UHGV virus genome: UHGV-0083269
Source: a virus
DNA length: 44,081 bases
Direction: 5' to 3' (one strand)
The notes beneath the pieces were generated by a model, which was not told the origin of the DNA, made no database searches, and saw only the letters and a list, made by a program, of their open reading frames with translations. A program made the position numbers and the translations under genes. Below, one piece after another: positions 1-8,513 of this stretch. The number at the start of each line of letters is the position of its first letter. The stretch's first letter is position 1.

Positions 1-55
1 TTACTGGAAGCATCCATTTGTATCTTCTCATATGCTCAGTCCTTCAAATCTTAAT

Positions 56-274
56 TTAAACATATTCAAACTCATCCAGCTCCACATCTTTATCACATGC
101 TGGGCAAGTGCAGAAAGCACCATCCAGCCACGATTCTGTATTGTAATCAGCATCCTGAAACAGTATTTCAACATACTGCTTACAGTGTGGGCACTGGAAC
201 CGGATATAAGCTGGCTTGCTTATTATCATATAACGTGTACCCATGTAATCACCCCACATCTTAATTTTTTTCAT
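56..274 (-). CDS. small zinc-ribbon protein (CPHC...CPAC), early-region ORF
   Basis: 72-aa ORF with two CxxC pairs. The junction cassette lies upstream, at the 261..527 ORF boundary. Confidence 0.45.
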   Translation of the reverse strand: MKKIKMWGDYMGTRYMIISKPAYIRFQCPHCKQYVEILFQDADYNTESWLDGAFCTCPACDKDVELDEFEYV

Positions 275-527
275 TATCTATTCTTTTAAAACGAAATTCT
301 TGCTTTACATCTGGGTATTTTTCAGAATCTACTTTTGATATAAACATATCTAATGGTCTGACCCAAACCTGCGATGGATCTGAGAAATTTTTATAAACAA
401 CCATAATCTCTTCTGTTTCGCTGTTTACAGCTAGATCAGTTACTATATATGTGGCACCTTTGAAATGCTTATATCTATAACCGATCATTCCATTTTTCAT
501 GCAATTAACATGCTCTTGAATATTCAT
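261..527 (-). CDS. hypothetical early protein
   Basis: 88-aa ORF. It is packed tightly with its neighbours and preceded by the junction motif at 539-553. Confidence 0.4.
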   Translation of the reverse strand: MNIQEHVNCMKNGMIGYRYKHFKGATYIVTDLAVNSETEEIMVVYKNFSDPSQVWVRPLDMFISKVDSEKYPDVKQEFRFKRIDNEKN

Positions 528-548
528 TTACTGCCTCACAATCTTAAT

Positions 549-794
549 TTACACATTTACACCGTGCTCTTTCAAAGCCTGTGTCCAAGTTTCTTTTATC
601 TCCTTCGGGCAATGCGCCATAGCATCTGACCATGTAGGCCAACGCCCGTGCTGATCATAGAATTTATACTGATATGCAAGGCTATCCCGATTGTGCGGCT
701 GCTCCGGGTCATGCTTTACTGCACATTCCGGACAAGTTCCCTCCGGTGTTTTACCAAGCAGTGCCATTCCATATATTTTTTTCAAATATCCCAT
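549..794 (-). CDS. hypothetical early protein (Cys/His-containing)
   Basis: 81-aa ORF. Its stop codon lies inside the conserved TAAATTAAGATTG cassette. Confidence 0.4.
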   Translation of the reverse strand: MGYLKKIYGMALLGKTPEGTCPECAVKHDPEQPHNRDSLAYQYKFYDQHGRWPTWSDAMAHCPKEIKETWTQALKEHGVNV

Positions 795-816
795 ATCTCT
801 TCTTTCTCCTAAGATT

Positions 817-1092
817 TTAAAACTCAGTTACTCCATCCGGGCCTTCCAGATCTGCAGTATTGTCTTCGTACTCGCACCTGGAGATGAGGGTTATATTTTC
901 CACCGGGACCTTGCAGGTTTTCGCAAATCCAGCCTTCCACTCTTCTGCCATCACCGGAAGATTCACGCTTCCTAAATTTTCTGTGTCAAAATCAAACGCC
1001 ACCATCGCATAACCTGTGCTTTCCGGTCCACCGTATAAGTCAGCCCCTACGATCTCGTAATACAAACTTAATGTTACTTGTACTGTATTCAT
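817..1092 (-). CDS. hypothetical early protein
   Basis: 91-aa ORF with start at 1092. A GGGAGAG RBS sits in the cassette at 1093-1113. Confidence 0.4.
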   Translation of the reverse strand: MNTVQVTLSLYYEIVGADLYGGPESTGYAMVAFDFDTENLGSVNLPVMAEEWKAGFAKTCKVPVENITLISRCEYEDNTADLEGPDGVTEF

Positions 1093-1113
1093 CTTCGCTC
1101 TCCCAATCTTAAT

Positions 1114-1378
1114 TTACCTTCCTTGTGTTTCCACAACATTCAATATTTTTTCAACTGCCTTTTCCCAAAAATACCGGGCAAAATCTTCAACTGTACAAAC
1201 AACATCTTCGTCTAAATCTATAACGGTCGCATCATCGCATTGGCAGCTATGACAACCATTTTCTTGCAGAACTTCATCCGCTATTTCTCGGACAGTTTCT
1301 GCTGTTCCGCTGAATTCGCACCCCAACGAACAAAACTCTCTTAGTTCTTCCATATCCTTTTTTGATAATTTTGCCACT
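1114..1378 (-). CDS. Cys-rich hypothetical protein (probable GTG start)
   Basis: ORF track gives 1114..1395. A GGAGGGAG RBS is followed about 8 nt later by GTG near 1378. Cys-rich motifs: CSLGCEF, CHSCQC. Confidence 0.4.
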
Positions 1379-1404
1379 ATTATTTCTCCCTCCAAATTCT
1401 TAAT

Positions 1405-1608
1405 TTACCGATGATACCAGATCATCTTACCGTCTGCCATTTTTAATTCCACTTTGTCCGGATAATTGATGCTTTCCTTGGATGCGTGAAATCTCATGTC
1501 ATGAATTTCTAGTGCAGACTTATGGTTACTTTCGCACTGCTTACACTCATTTTTGTCTTTATACTGCGTACCACAATGGTCACATACATACAATTGTAAA
1601 CTTTTCAT
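1405..1608 (-). CDS. small zinc-finger protein (CDHC...CKQC)
   Basis: 67-aa ORF with two CxxC pairs. Its stop lies in a cassette copy at 1391-1407. Confidence 0.45.
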   Translation of the reverse strand: MKSLQLYVCDHCGTQYKDKNECKQCESNHKSALEIHDMRFHASKESINYPDKVELKMADGKMIWYHR

Positions 1609-1646
1609 CTTTTACGTTCTAAAATCTCCTTCTGGAATCTTAACTT

Positions 1647-1946
1647 TCAGTTTTCTCCAGCAAATCTCGGAACAAAAAAACCAAAATCAATTGCTGGAAA
1701 ACCATTCTTTCTGTTTATGTTGTTTCTAATTCCGTAAAAATCGTGCATAAAGTTGAAATCATCCGCATTCAGCCAAACATCCAAACGAAGGTGAAACTTT
1801 TTATCTGCGCTTTCAATATCCATCATACGTTCTGTAGCTTCCGTCTCTTTCATCAAGCCCATGACAGTGGCTCTTCCCATAATAGCAGCATACGTTAAAT
1901 GTCTCTTGCGTTCTACTTCTTTGTTAAAACTCGTAATCTTACTCAT
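1647..1946 (-). CDS. hypothetical early protein
   Basis: 99-aa ORF. A cassette (TAAATTAAGATTTGGAGGAAATGTGA ATG) lies upstream at 1950-1975. Confidence 0.4.
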   Translation of the reverse strand: MSKITSFNKEVERKRHLTYAAIMGRATVMGLMKETEATERMMDIESADKKFHLRLDVWLNADDFNFMHDFYGIRNNINRKNGFPAIDFGFFVPRFAGEN

Positions 1947-1961
1947 TCACATTTCCTCCAA

Positions 1962-2120
1962 ATCTTAATTTACCGCCATATAAATAAATGGCAAAAACAG
2001 AAACCACATAATATCATCTACTGTCCTCAGCTGGATTTCGCCGTACAGTAACAGCTCTAATCCCATCCATACCAGGGCCAGCACTATCCAAATATATACT
2101 GCCTTTAATGTCCTATCCAT
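1962..2120 (-). CDS. small hydrophobic (2-TM) protein, not in ORF track
   Basis: About 52-aa ORF, MDRTLKAVYIWIVLALVWMGLELLLYG... Its ATG overlaps the stop of 2113..2379 (ATGGATAG), suggesting translational coupling. Its stop falls in the cassette. Confidence 0.3.
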
Positions 2121-2379
2121 TGACCTGTCCTTTCTTGGCTGACATCATGCTCTTATTCGCCGGATTTTCCAGTTCAATCTGTATACCCTGCTTCTGCGGC
2201 TCTTTTACTCCTGTCATGCATTCTCTGATGTATCTATGCGGCACATCACATCCCACCGCATTCATGGCTATTTCATACTGCGCAGCCTGTTTCATCAGTT
2301 TATAAAAATCTGAAAACTTCACCTGCACTCTATCCTCTGCGCCAAACGTATCTGCTAATCCCATTTCATTTTCCTCCAT
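2113..2379 (-). CDS. hypothetical protein
   Basis: 88-aa ORF in the minus-strand operon. Confidence 0.4.
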   Translation of the reverse strand: MEENEMGLADTFGAEDRVQVKFSDFYKLMKQAAQYEIAMNAVGCDVPHRYIRECMTGVKEPQKQGIQIELENPANKSMMSAKKGQVNG

Positions 2380-2458
2380 ATTTCAGTTTGTGACATCACT
2401 GATAATCCCCCGCAGTTTCCTGCATTCCACTGTTGTTATTGTGTTTTCTTCCATCTCT

Positions 2459-3196
2459 CTATCCCTCCATGCTTAAATAACACATTATTCCGCAATCTGG
2501 AAATATCTCTGTATTCATATTCCCGCGTGTAGGCTCTAGCTCGTCAAGGTATACCGGGTGGCCTTTGCTGTCTTTCAATATTGCATAGCCCACCTGCCGC
2601 TCCAATCTGGCCCGACTCTCAAAAACCTCTGGGAAGTCCTTGCGAATCCGGTTCCAATAACCCATTCCTCCTTTGACGCACCCGAGGCAGTTATTATTTG
2701 GATACCCCATGTCATACATAACTGGCCGCCTAAAAGAAAAGGTCCTTTCAAATAGTCCGTGAACCTCTTCTTTCGATAATCCACGGTCAATCAACGGAAA
2801 CTCATGAGCTGCCTGTGAGTTAGCCTCTATGGTTCGCTCTGCCCGCCATTTCTCTTTCAGGTCAAATCCCCAGACATAGGTCAGATCATAATCTTTATGA
2901 GCTAACTCCCATTCTTTACGAACACGCTTTTTAAGCCAGTTTGTGCAGGGAGCAAAACCATTCATAGCACGAAAACCACCAAAAGCTCTGACACAATCAT
3001 CAACACTGCTGTATTCCTCAGATCTCAAAATCTGTATCTTCTGTCCGATTGCAGCTTCACAATCCCGTATAAATCGTATGCTGTCTGGATGCTGATCTTT
3101 GATATCTATATAAATCCATTCGTCAACATCTCCTGCCAGGTATCCAGCCATAAAACTGCTTACTCCTGCACTGATCCAACACACTTTTTTCGTCAT
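2459..3196 (-). CDS. PAPS-reductase-like (PP-loop ATP pyrophosphatase family) protein, phage type
   Basis: 245 aa. N-terminal CWISAGVSS PP-loop-like motif and C-terminal NCLGCVKGG, an architecture typical of phage PAPS-reductase-family (DndC/IbrA-like) proteins. Confidence 0.65.
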   Translation of the reverse strand: MTKKVCWISAGVSSFMAGYLAGDVDEWIYIDIKDQHPDSIRFIRDCEAAIGQKIQILRSEEYSSVDDCVRAFGGFRAMNGFAPCTNWLKKRVRKEWELAHKDYDLTYVWGFDLKEKWRAERTIEANSQAAHEFPLIDRGLSKEEVHGLFERTFSFRRPVMYDMGYPNNNCLGCVKGGMGYWNRIRKDFPEVFESRARLERQVGYAILKDSKGHPVYLDELEPTRGNMNTEIFPDCGIMCYLSMEG

Positions 3197-3371
3197 AACA
3201 CCACGCTACAAATGCTGTATCGTGGATCACCATTCGTTTGCTCTTATGCGACCTGTGCCGTTTCCAACACAAGCCTTATAGCCACGGTGTTGAATTTTTC
3301 GGTACGCCACCGTCATTCACTGCGCACCAACCCGGTTTACCGGGCATTCGTTATTCCTTTCTTTTAGTTAT

Positions 3372-3600
3372 AAATTTCATATTGCTCCTTAAATCTGTAC
3401 CATTTCCCGAACATCTCTCAGCGTTTTCGGTGTAGACTGCGCATAATACATACTTGTCACTGCCGGGCTTGCATGTCCTAGAATCTCTTGGATGATACCG
3501 ATATCAACCTTTCTGTTTTTTTAATTCATTCCAAGCGTTTTCCTCATTTTATGAGGATATACCGCGCTTTTCACATCCGCTCTCTTTCCAATATCTTAAT
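3372..3600 (-). pseudogene. truncated duplicate of the 3' end of tyrosine recombinase 41183..42316 plus downstream junction
   Basis: About 95% identical to 41162-41402. It translates to ...VDIGIIQEILGHASPAVTSMYYAQSTPKTLRDVREMVQI*, the recombinase C-terminus including the catalytic Tyr region. It has no N-terminal part and a 1-nt T-run difference. Confidence 0.6.
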
Positions 3601-3699
3601 AAAAGTCATCTGCATCGTCCAGAAAGTCCTCATAGACCTCGCATCCCTCGCAGGTCCGCTCGTTGCATTCCGTAATGTAGTTGCAATACGGGCACCTCA
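3597..3699 (-). CDS. micro zinc-ribbon ORF (about 33 aa), not in ORF track
   Basis: MRCPYCNYITECNERTCEGCEVYEDFLDDADDFY*. A cassette (TTAAGATTGGAGGATGCT ATG) lies upstream at 3700-3720. Confidence 0.3.
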
Positions 3700-3714
3700 T
3701 AGCATCCTCCAATC

Positions 3715-4011
3715 TTAAAATGAATACTTAACCCACATATACATTGTGCTCCCATCAATAGGATAGTAGTATGTGCCATCTCCGCAATCTTCCCCTCTCA
3801 TGGTTTGGTCACAATATTCTCCGTCAAGCTGTTCTTCCCCTTCTGCCAGCTGAGCCGTTCCGAATCCATCAACATAAAAATCTTCATAGCCGTTTTCATT
3901 CGCCCACTCTTCCAGTTCTTCGAAAAGTGTATTGGCCTCGTTCATCAATTTTTCATAGCGTGCCGCCTTTTTAGCCAATTCTATTGGTACAGTCATCCTT
4001 TCATCCTCCAA
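3715..4011 (-). CDS. acidic hypothetical protein
   Basis: 98-aa ORF. A cassette lies upstream at 4003-4020. Confidence 0.4.
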   Translation of the reverse strand: MEDERMTVPIELAKKAARYEKLMNEANTLFEELEEWANENGYEDFYVDGFGTAQLAEGEEQLDGEYCDQTMRGEDCGDGTYYYPIDGSTMYMWVKYSF

Positions 4012-4014
4012 ATC

Positions 4015-4554
4015 TTAATTTCTTATCTCTTGTCTCGATAATCCCTCTCCTCCTGTATTTAATCTCTTAAAAAGCTCATATCTCATTTTAAATTCACTTT
4101 CTTTAAGAATGATTTCTACTCTACATGGTGTACGCTTAATTTGCAATTTATATTCCAATGGTAAAGTATCAATAGTAATATCTTTCAACCCCTTAAGCAT
4201 ACTTCCCTCTACTAATTTCAAGCCATTTTTAGGGTAAGGATTTCCCTCTTCATCTTTTAATTCATTAAAAAAAGATAACACCGTCGATACTCTTTGCAGT
4301 CCATCAATCAGTTCCCATTTTCCATCTGGATTTGTAGCCACAAAAATAGACGGAAAAGGAATCCCTAATAATATTGATTCTATAAAATCTGACTGTCTTT
4401 GTTCATCCCATCGAAAAGCTCTTTGATATTCTGGAGAAATAATTATTTCTTTATCTCTATACATATTAATTATCTCTCCAAAAGACATATCCATCCTCTC
4501 TGATTTTATTTCTTGCCGATATTTTTGAATCTCTGCACTAATATCCATAATCAT
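4015..4554 (-). CDS. DUF262 / ParB-Srx-fold (DGQQR-motif family) protein
   Basis: 179 aa with ...ELIDGLQRVSTV... matching the (I/V)DGQQR signature of DUF262/GmrSD-N/DndB-like domains. AT-rich. It sits 37 nt downstream of the Dcm gene on the same strand. Confidence 0.55.
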   Translation of the reverse strand: MIMDISAEIQKYRQEIKSERMDMSFGEIINMYRDKEIIISPEYQRAFRWDEQRQSDFIESILLGIPFPSIFVATNPDGKWELIDGLQRVSTVLSFFNELKDEEGNPYPKNGLKLVEGSMLKGLKDITIDTLPLEYKLQIKRTPCRVEIILKESEFKMRYELFKRLNTGGEGLSRQEIRN

Positions 4555-4590
4555 GCTTCTCCTATATTCTACTTTCTAAACACTATATAC

Positions 4591-5976
4591 TTATTCATTG
4601 TTAAATATCACAGATAATGTCTTCTCCATATCTACCACCAGATTAACAACCAATGCATTTCCCATCATAAATCTACGTTTTCTTAATGGCATCTTCACAG
4701 TCTCTCCTTTAACCAAACAATACTTTGTATGGTCTGTAGGAAATCCCTGGATTCGTTCTGCTTCTGCTGCAGTAAGTAATCTCACTCTTCCAGTCATCTT
4801 ATCTTTCACAATATGAGTTGTTCTACTGAATCCACCCTCAGATGTCAGCATTGTACGTGCCGGTTTATCTTCCTGATCGATCATAGGAATAGCACCTTCT
4901 GAGAATACATATTCATGACCTGTCGAACTTGTACGCAACAATTTTTTTGCACCTTTCAGGTACTGCCAGGTCTGTCTATCTTCCTTTGAAAGACACTGAT
5001 CCGTTTCATCGCTATGTGTGACTGTTGGATCTGTATAATATAATTTTTCTTCCGGAATAAAATACTGCTCTTCTACTTGTCCAGTTTCCATAACATCGCC
5101 AAGCGTAATCTGCTTTCCATGATAATCGGGAACGGTCTTCATTGTATATATTATTCCATCTTTCATTATTCCGGAATTTTCAAATGCACATTGAAATGTT
5201 TCGGAGACTTCACCTACTTCTACCGGCAGTTTCTTAATTTTCATCTTAGCAGACTCTGCTTTATTTACTGGAAATGTTTCTGCAAAAAAGCCTTCTTTTA
5301 AGATTACATTTTCCATACATTCTTTCTTATATTCTTCTTCCAATGCATCTGTATATCCAATTGTATTTAAAACTCTATCCGCATATTTTGTATTATTTTT
5401 ATAGGCAAAAATAAATGTTCTACGACGTCTCTGCTGATACCCATATTCCGCAGCATTTATCACACGCCATTCCACTGTATATCCTTCATCTCGAAAACAT
5501 GCAAGAATCACACCAAAATCTCTACCTCTTTGTTTTGCAGGAGATTTTAACAATCTATCAACATTTTCTAATAATACGAATGGTGGTTTCTTTGCTTCTA
5601 AGGTCTCACGTATTGACCACCATAAAATTCCTTTTTTTCCCTCGAGTCCTTTGGAAGTAGCTAATGAAGAAGCTACAGAATAGTCCTGACACGGGAATCC
5701 ACCAACAAGCAAATTAAAGTCAGGAAGTGTTGTCTTATCCACATCTTCAATATTATAATTCGTGGTATCATCACCATTATTATCTAATCGTGTTCCAAAT
5801 CGATATACATAACAATCATGTGCGTACTGTGTATTTTTCTCTGCTGGCTCCCACTGACTAAACCAAACGGTATCCCATTTTTCTTCTTTTCCATAATCTT
5901 CTGCTGTTCTTATATTATTAAGCCCACATCTAAAGCCACCTACTCCGGCGAACAATTCGCAAACTGTTTTCTTCAC
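4591..5976 (-). CDS. dcm: DNA (cytosine-5)-methyltransferase
   Basis: 461 aa. Motif I FAGVGGF, motif IV GFPCQDYS, motif VI ENV, C-terminal GNALVV. AT-rich, moron-like. Confidence 0.9.
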   Translation of the reverse strand: MKKTVCELFAGVGGFRCGLNNIRTAEDYGKEEKWDTVWFSQWEPAEKNTQYAHDCYVYRFGTRLDNNGDDTTNYNIEDVDKTTLPDFNLLVGGFPCQDYSVASSLATSKGLEGKKGILWWSIRETLEAKKPPFVLLENVDRLLKSPAKQRGRDFGVILACFRDEGYTVEWRVINAAEYGYQQRRRRTFIFAYKNNTKYADRVLNTIGYTDALEEEYKKECMENVILKEGFFAETFPVNKAESAKMKIKKLPVEVGEVSETFQCAFENSGIMKDGIIYTMKTVPDYHGKQITLGDVMETGQVEEQYFIPEEKLYYTDPTVTHSDETDQCLSKEDRQTWQYLKGAKKLLRTSSTGHEYVFSEGAIPMIDQEDKPARTMLTSEGGFSRTTHIVKDKMTGRVRLLTAAEAERIQGFPTDHTKYCLVKGETVKMPLRKRRFMMGNALVVNLVVDMEKTLSVIFNNE

Positions 5977-6022
5977 TTCTTTTACCTCTTTTTATATTCT
6001 TGTAAAGATCCTTTTCTATTTT

Positions 6023-6514
6023 TTAGTATGATTTTATAAAATCTTTAATCTGTTGTTTCAGATATTTCTTGTTAAACCAAAAGCATTGTTTTGTCATGTA
6101 TTCTCCAGTAGGTATCAAAGTATTTTTCAATTCCTCTGGAATTTCTTTTAGCGTGATAACCTCTGCCGTTTTTTTCAACCTCACTGAATTAGCATTTTCA
6201 CAAAAATACTCGCTCTCACCAGCTTTATTTCTTACATGTGCCACATTATTAAAGTTGCTTTTCGGAAAATTATTTTCATATACGAATACTGGATCTGTTA
6301 CATTGGTCCTGTATACAGCACTGCGCCTGCATTCGCAATAAACATATACCCTTACAAGATCATGCAGCGGAGTGATCGCTCCACATCTGCACCTGTAATG
6401 ATCTGACTTCCGTCTTCCGCAATACGCATTCAGCATCCCACACTTTTCACAGCGGATAGCAAGAAAACCTTTGTATCCTTCTTCCGGCTCTATTTTCTGT
6501 ACTTTTTTGTTCAT
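6023..6514 (-). CDS. Cys-rich putative zinc-binding protein
   Basis: 163 aa with multiple CxxC pairs (CEKCG, CRCG, CECRR). Confidence 0.4.
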   Translation of the reverse strand: MNKKVQKIEPEEGYKGFLAIRCEKCGMLNAYCGRRKSDHYRCRCGAITPLHDLVRVYVYCECRRSAVYRTNVTDPVFVYENNFPKSNFNNVAHVRNKAGESEYFCENANSVRLKKTAEVITLKEIPEELKNTLIPTGEYMTKQCFWFNKKYLKQQIKDFIKSY

Positions 6515-6896
6515 TTTTTCCCCTTTCCAAATTCCCGCCGTTATTAGTAATTACTCATGTTTGTGGGCTTTTTTGTGCTGCTCTGTGGTCCCTCCTTTTG
6601 GGCCGGGAAATGGAGGACTGTGATAGGCTCCCGGCCCAGGTAAAATTATCGGTCAGAGTGTATATCGTGACATATAAACCGACCACAAGTTTTTTATCTA
6701 TGTATCATCCCCGTTTTGGATCGGGGTGGATACCTTTTTTATAGCTTTATGCGTCCGTCTGTTTGGATCTGGGCATAAAGCCGTGCCGTCATATGCTGGT
6801 CTCCTGAAGCTTTCGCTCATAGGAGATGGGTATTTTTCCAAATATGCCAGCTCGGCCATTTTCTTTTTTACACTTTTTTCATGGTATGTAACTTTA

Positions 6897-7493
6897 TCAT
6901 TGTGACTTATCATTATCCATCCACTCTTTTACTTTATCCTGCATTATGCTGTTATAGTCTGTATCGCGCTGATCGTAGTTAAAAAATGCATTCTGTTTTT
7001 TAGGCTGGCTTTTCCCAGCCTTTGCCGATTTATCTTGCTCTCTCGCAAACCAGCTGTTCAGAAAACGTGGTGCACCTTTCCGTGTTTTTCGGCGTGTAGG
7101 GTTCGAATCACACCACCCGATGATCTTGTTAAGCTCTTGCCTACAATCAACACCCGGGTACAGCTTTTGCATCTTATCAAGCGCAGTTTCTGTTACTTCG
7201 TATAATGTCCCATCATTAAGCTTAAATGCTCCAACTACAGGCCCATTTTCTTCTTCCGAAATATCTTCTGCTGGTCGCCCGCCTTTTGATCCATTGACCT
7301 TTCGCTTGATATTGGCATCAATTTGTGGTTTGGCCATCTCGTATATGGACATATACAGCTCTCCAGTGTCTTCTGGTTCTTCTCCTTCCAGCCCATAATC
7401 AATGATGGACCATAGCGCTTTAAGCTGTTGATTTTCTGGTAGCCGCTTGATAGCCTTTGCAAAACTGCTGTAAAAAATTAAGCTATCTCTCAT
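6897..7493 (-). CDS. putative replication-associated protein (DnaD/replisome-organizer C-terminal-like)
   Basis: 198 aa. ...KIIGWCDSNPTRRKTRKGAPRFLNSWFAREQ resembles conserved phage replication-protein C-termini. Weak call. Confidence 0.3.
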   Translation of the reverse strand: MRDSLIFYSSFAKAIKRLPENQQLKALWSIIDYGLEGEEPEDTGELYMSIYEMAKPQIDANIKRKVNGSKGGRPAEDISEEENGPVVGAFKLNDGTLYEVTETALDKMQKLYPGVDCRQELNKIIGWCDSNPTRRKTRKGAPRFLNSWFAREQDKSAKAGKSQPKKQNAFFNYDQRDTDYNSIMQDKVKEWMDNDKSQ

Positions 7494-7818
7494 TTCTCCC
7501 AGCCTCCCACTCCCGGTAAATTTTTATCCAGTCGGAAAGCCGCATGGTTACCAACCATTCGCAGCGATCCCGCCTGTGGAATACCGCCGGGAGGAGTCCG
7601 GGAAGCGCATCATGCACTGCCTGTGCTACCGCATCCAGAAGATTGAGTTTCTCAACCCTCTTGCACTCAACGTGGATACCTGGAAGCCCAATCACATCAG
7701 CATTACCTGCTGCGCCGCAGTATTGCTGCCCTCTTCTGGCATCGTATCCGTACTCCCGGAACACTCCGGCGAGCTCCCTTTCTCCGCGTTTTCCCTTTTC
7801 TCTCTGTGTCTTACCCAT
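7483..7818 (-). CDS. putative Holliday-junction resolvase (Hjc-like PD-(D/E)xK)
   Basis: ERELAGVFREYGYDARRG...GNADVIGLPGIHVECKRV matches the Hjc pattern (ERxL..., D, ExK). The likely start is MGKTQ rather than the upstream extension. Confidence 0.45.
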   Translation of the reverse strand: MGKTQREKGKRGERELAGVFREYGYDARRGQQYCGAAGNADVIGLPGIHVECKRVEKLNLLDAVAQAVHDALPGLLPAVFHRRDRCEWLVTMRLSDWIKIYREWEAGRNER

Positions 7819-8215
7819 CACAACAACCTCCAAACAATGATAGCTGCTCATATTTCTCTTTATCAGGTGGCTTCATGTTCCTCGCGAAACGCTTAGCACC
7901 TCTTTCTGCCGTCTTTATGCTTCTGCATCTTCTATCCTGTGTCTCAATCCATCGGACCGCTTCACGCCGTCCCTGTGCATCTGTACGTGGGATATAATAG
8001 CCCAGTCCGTTATCTGCTGTGAGAATTGGGCGATCATACCGCAGTATCTCAATCGCTTTCCGTACCGCTCTGTCTGGTAATCCAGTTACCCGGCATAATT
8101 CCCTACGGTTTGTGGCGTTTTCCTTACCTACGCCAATCGCATTATATACAGTTTCTGTTGCAGCAGATGTTAATCTAAAATCCATAGCTTTCCTTTCTAC
8201 TTGCCTAGATATCAT
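7811..8215 (-). CDS. winged-HTH domain protein
   Basis: 134 aa. ELCRVTGLPDRAVRKAIEILR is HTH-like. Confidence 0.35.
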   Translation of the reverse strand: MISRQVERKAMDFRLTSAATETVYNAIGVGKENATNRRELCRVTGLPDRAVRKAIEILRYDRPILTADNGLGYYIPRTDAQGRREAVRWIETQDRRCRSIKTAERGAKRFARNMKPPDKEKYEQLSLFGGCCDG

Positions 8216-8499
8216 AAATATGATTCGCCAAACTCCCGGCGAAAGTCTTCCCGACTCCCGTAGTGAGTCTCATAATACCGCTGAGCCTTGCGCTTCAGGC
8301 TCTCATCAAACCTCTGATCCATGTGGACACTGTACGGCGTCATATTGTGCCAATCCGGACGGAGCGGCACCAGAAACCCATACTTCTCCGACAGCTTCCG
8401 ATTTGCTCCGTTAAAGACGTGATGGATAGCCACGTTGCTTGATCTGGTGATGATGCAATGCTCCAGATCATCTGTTAAAGTGCTATACAGTCTTTTCAT
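8212..8499 (-). CDS. putative HNH-like nuclease
   Basis: 95 aa. ...IHHVFNGANRKLSEKYGFLVPLRPDWHN is a His/Asn-spaced HNH-like motif. Confidence 0.35.
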   Translation of the reverse strand: MKRLYSTLTDDLEHCIITRSSNVAIHHVFNGANRKLSEKYGFLVPLRPDWHNMTPYSVHMDQRFDESLKRKAQRYYETHYGSREDFRREFGESYL

Positions 8500-8513
8500 G
8501 TTTTACTTAGCTC

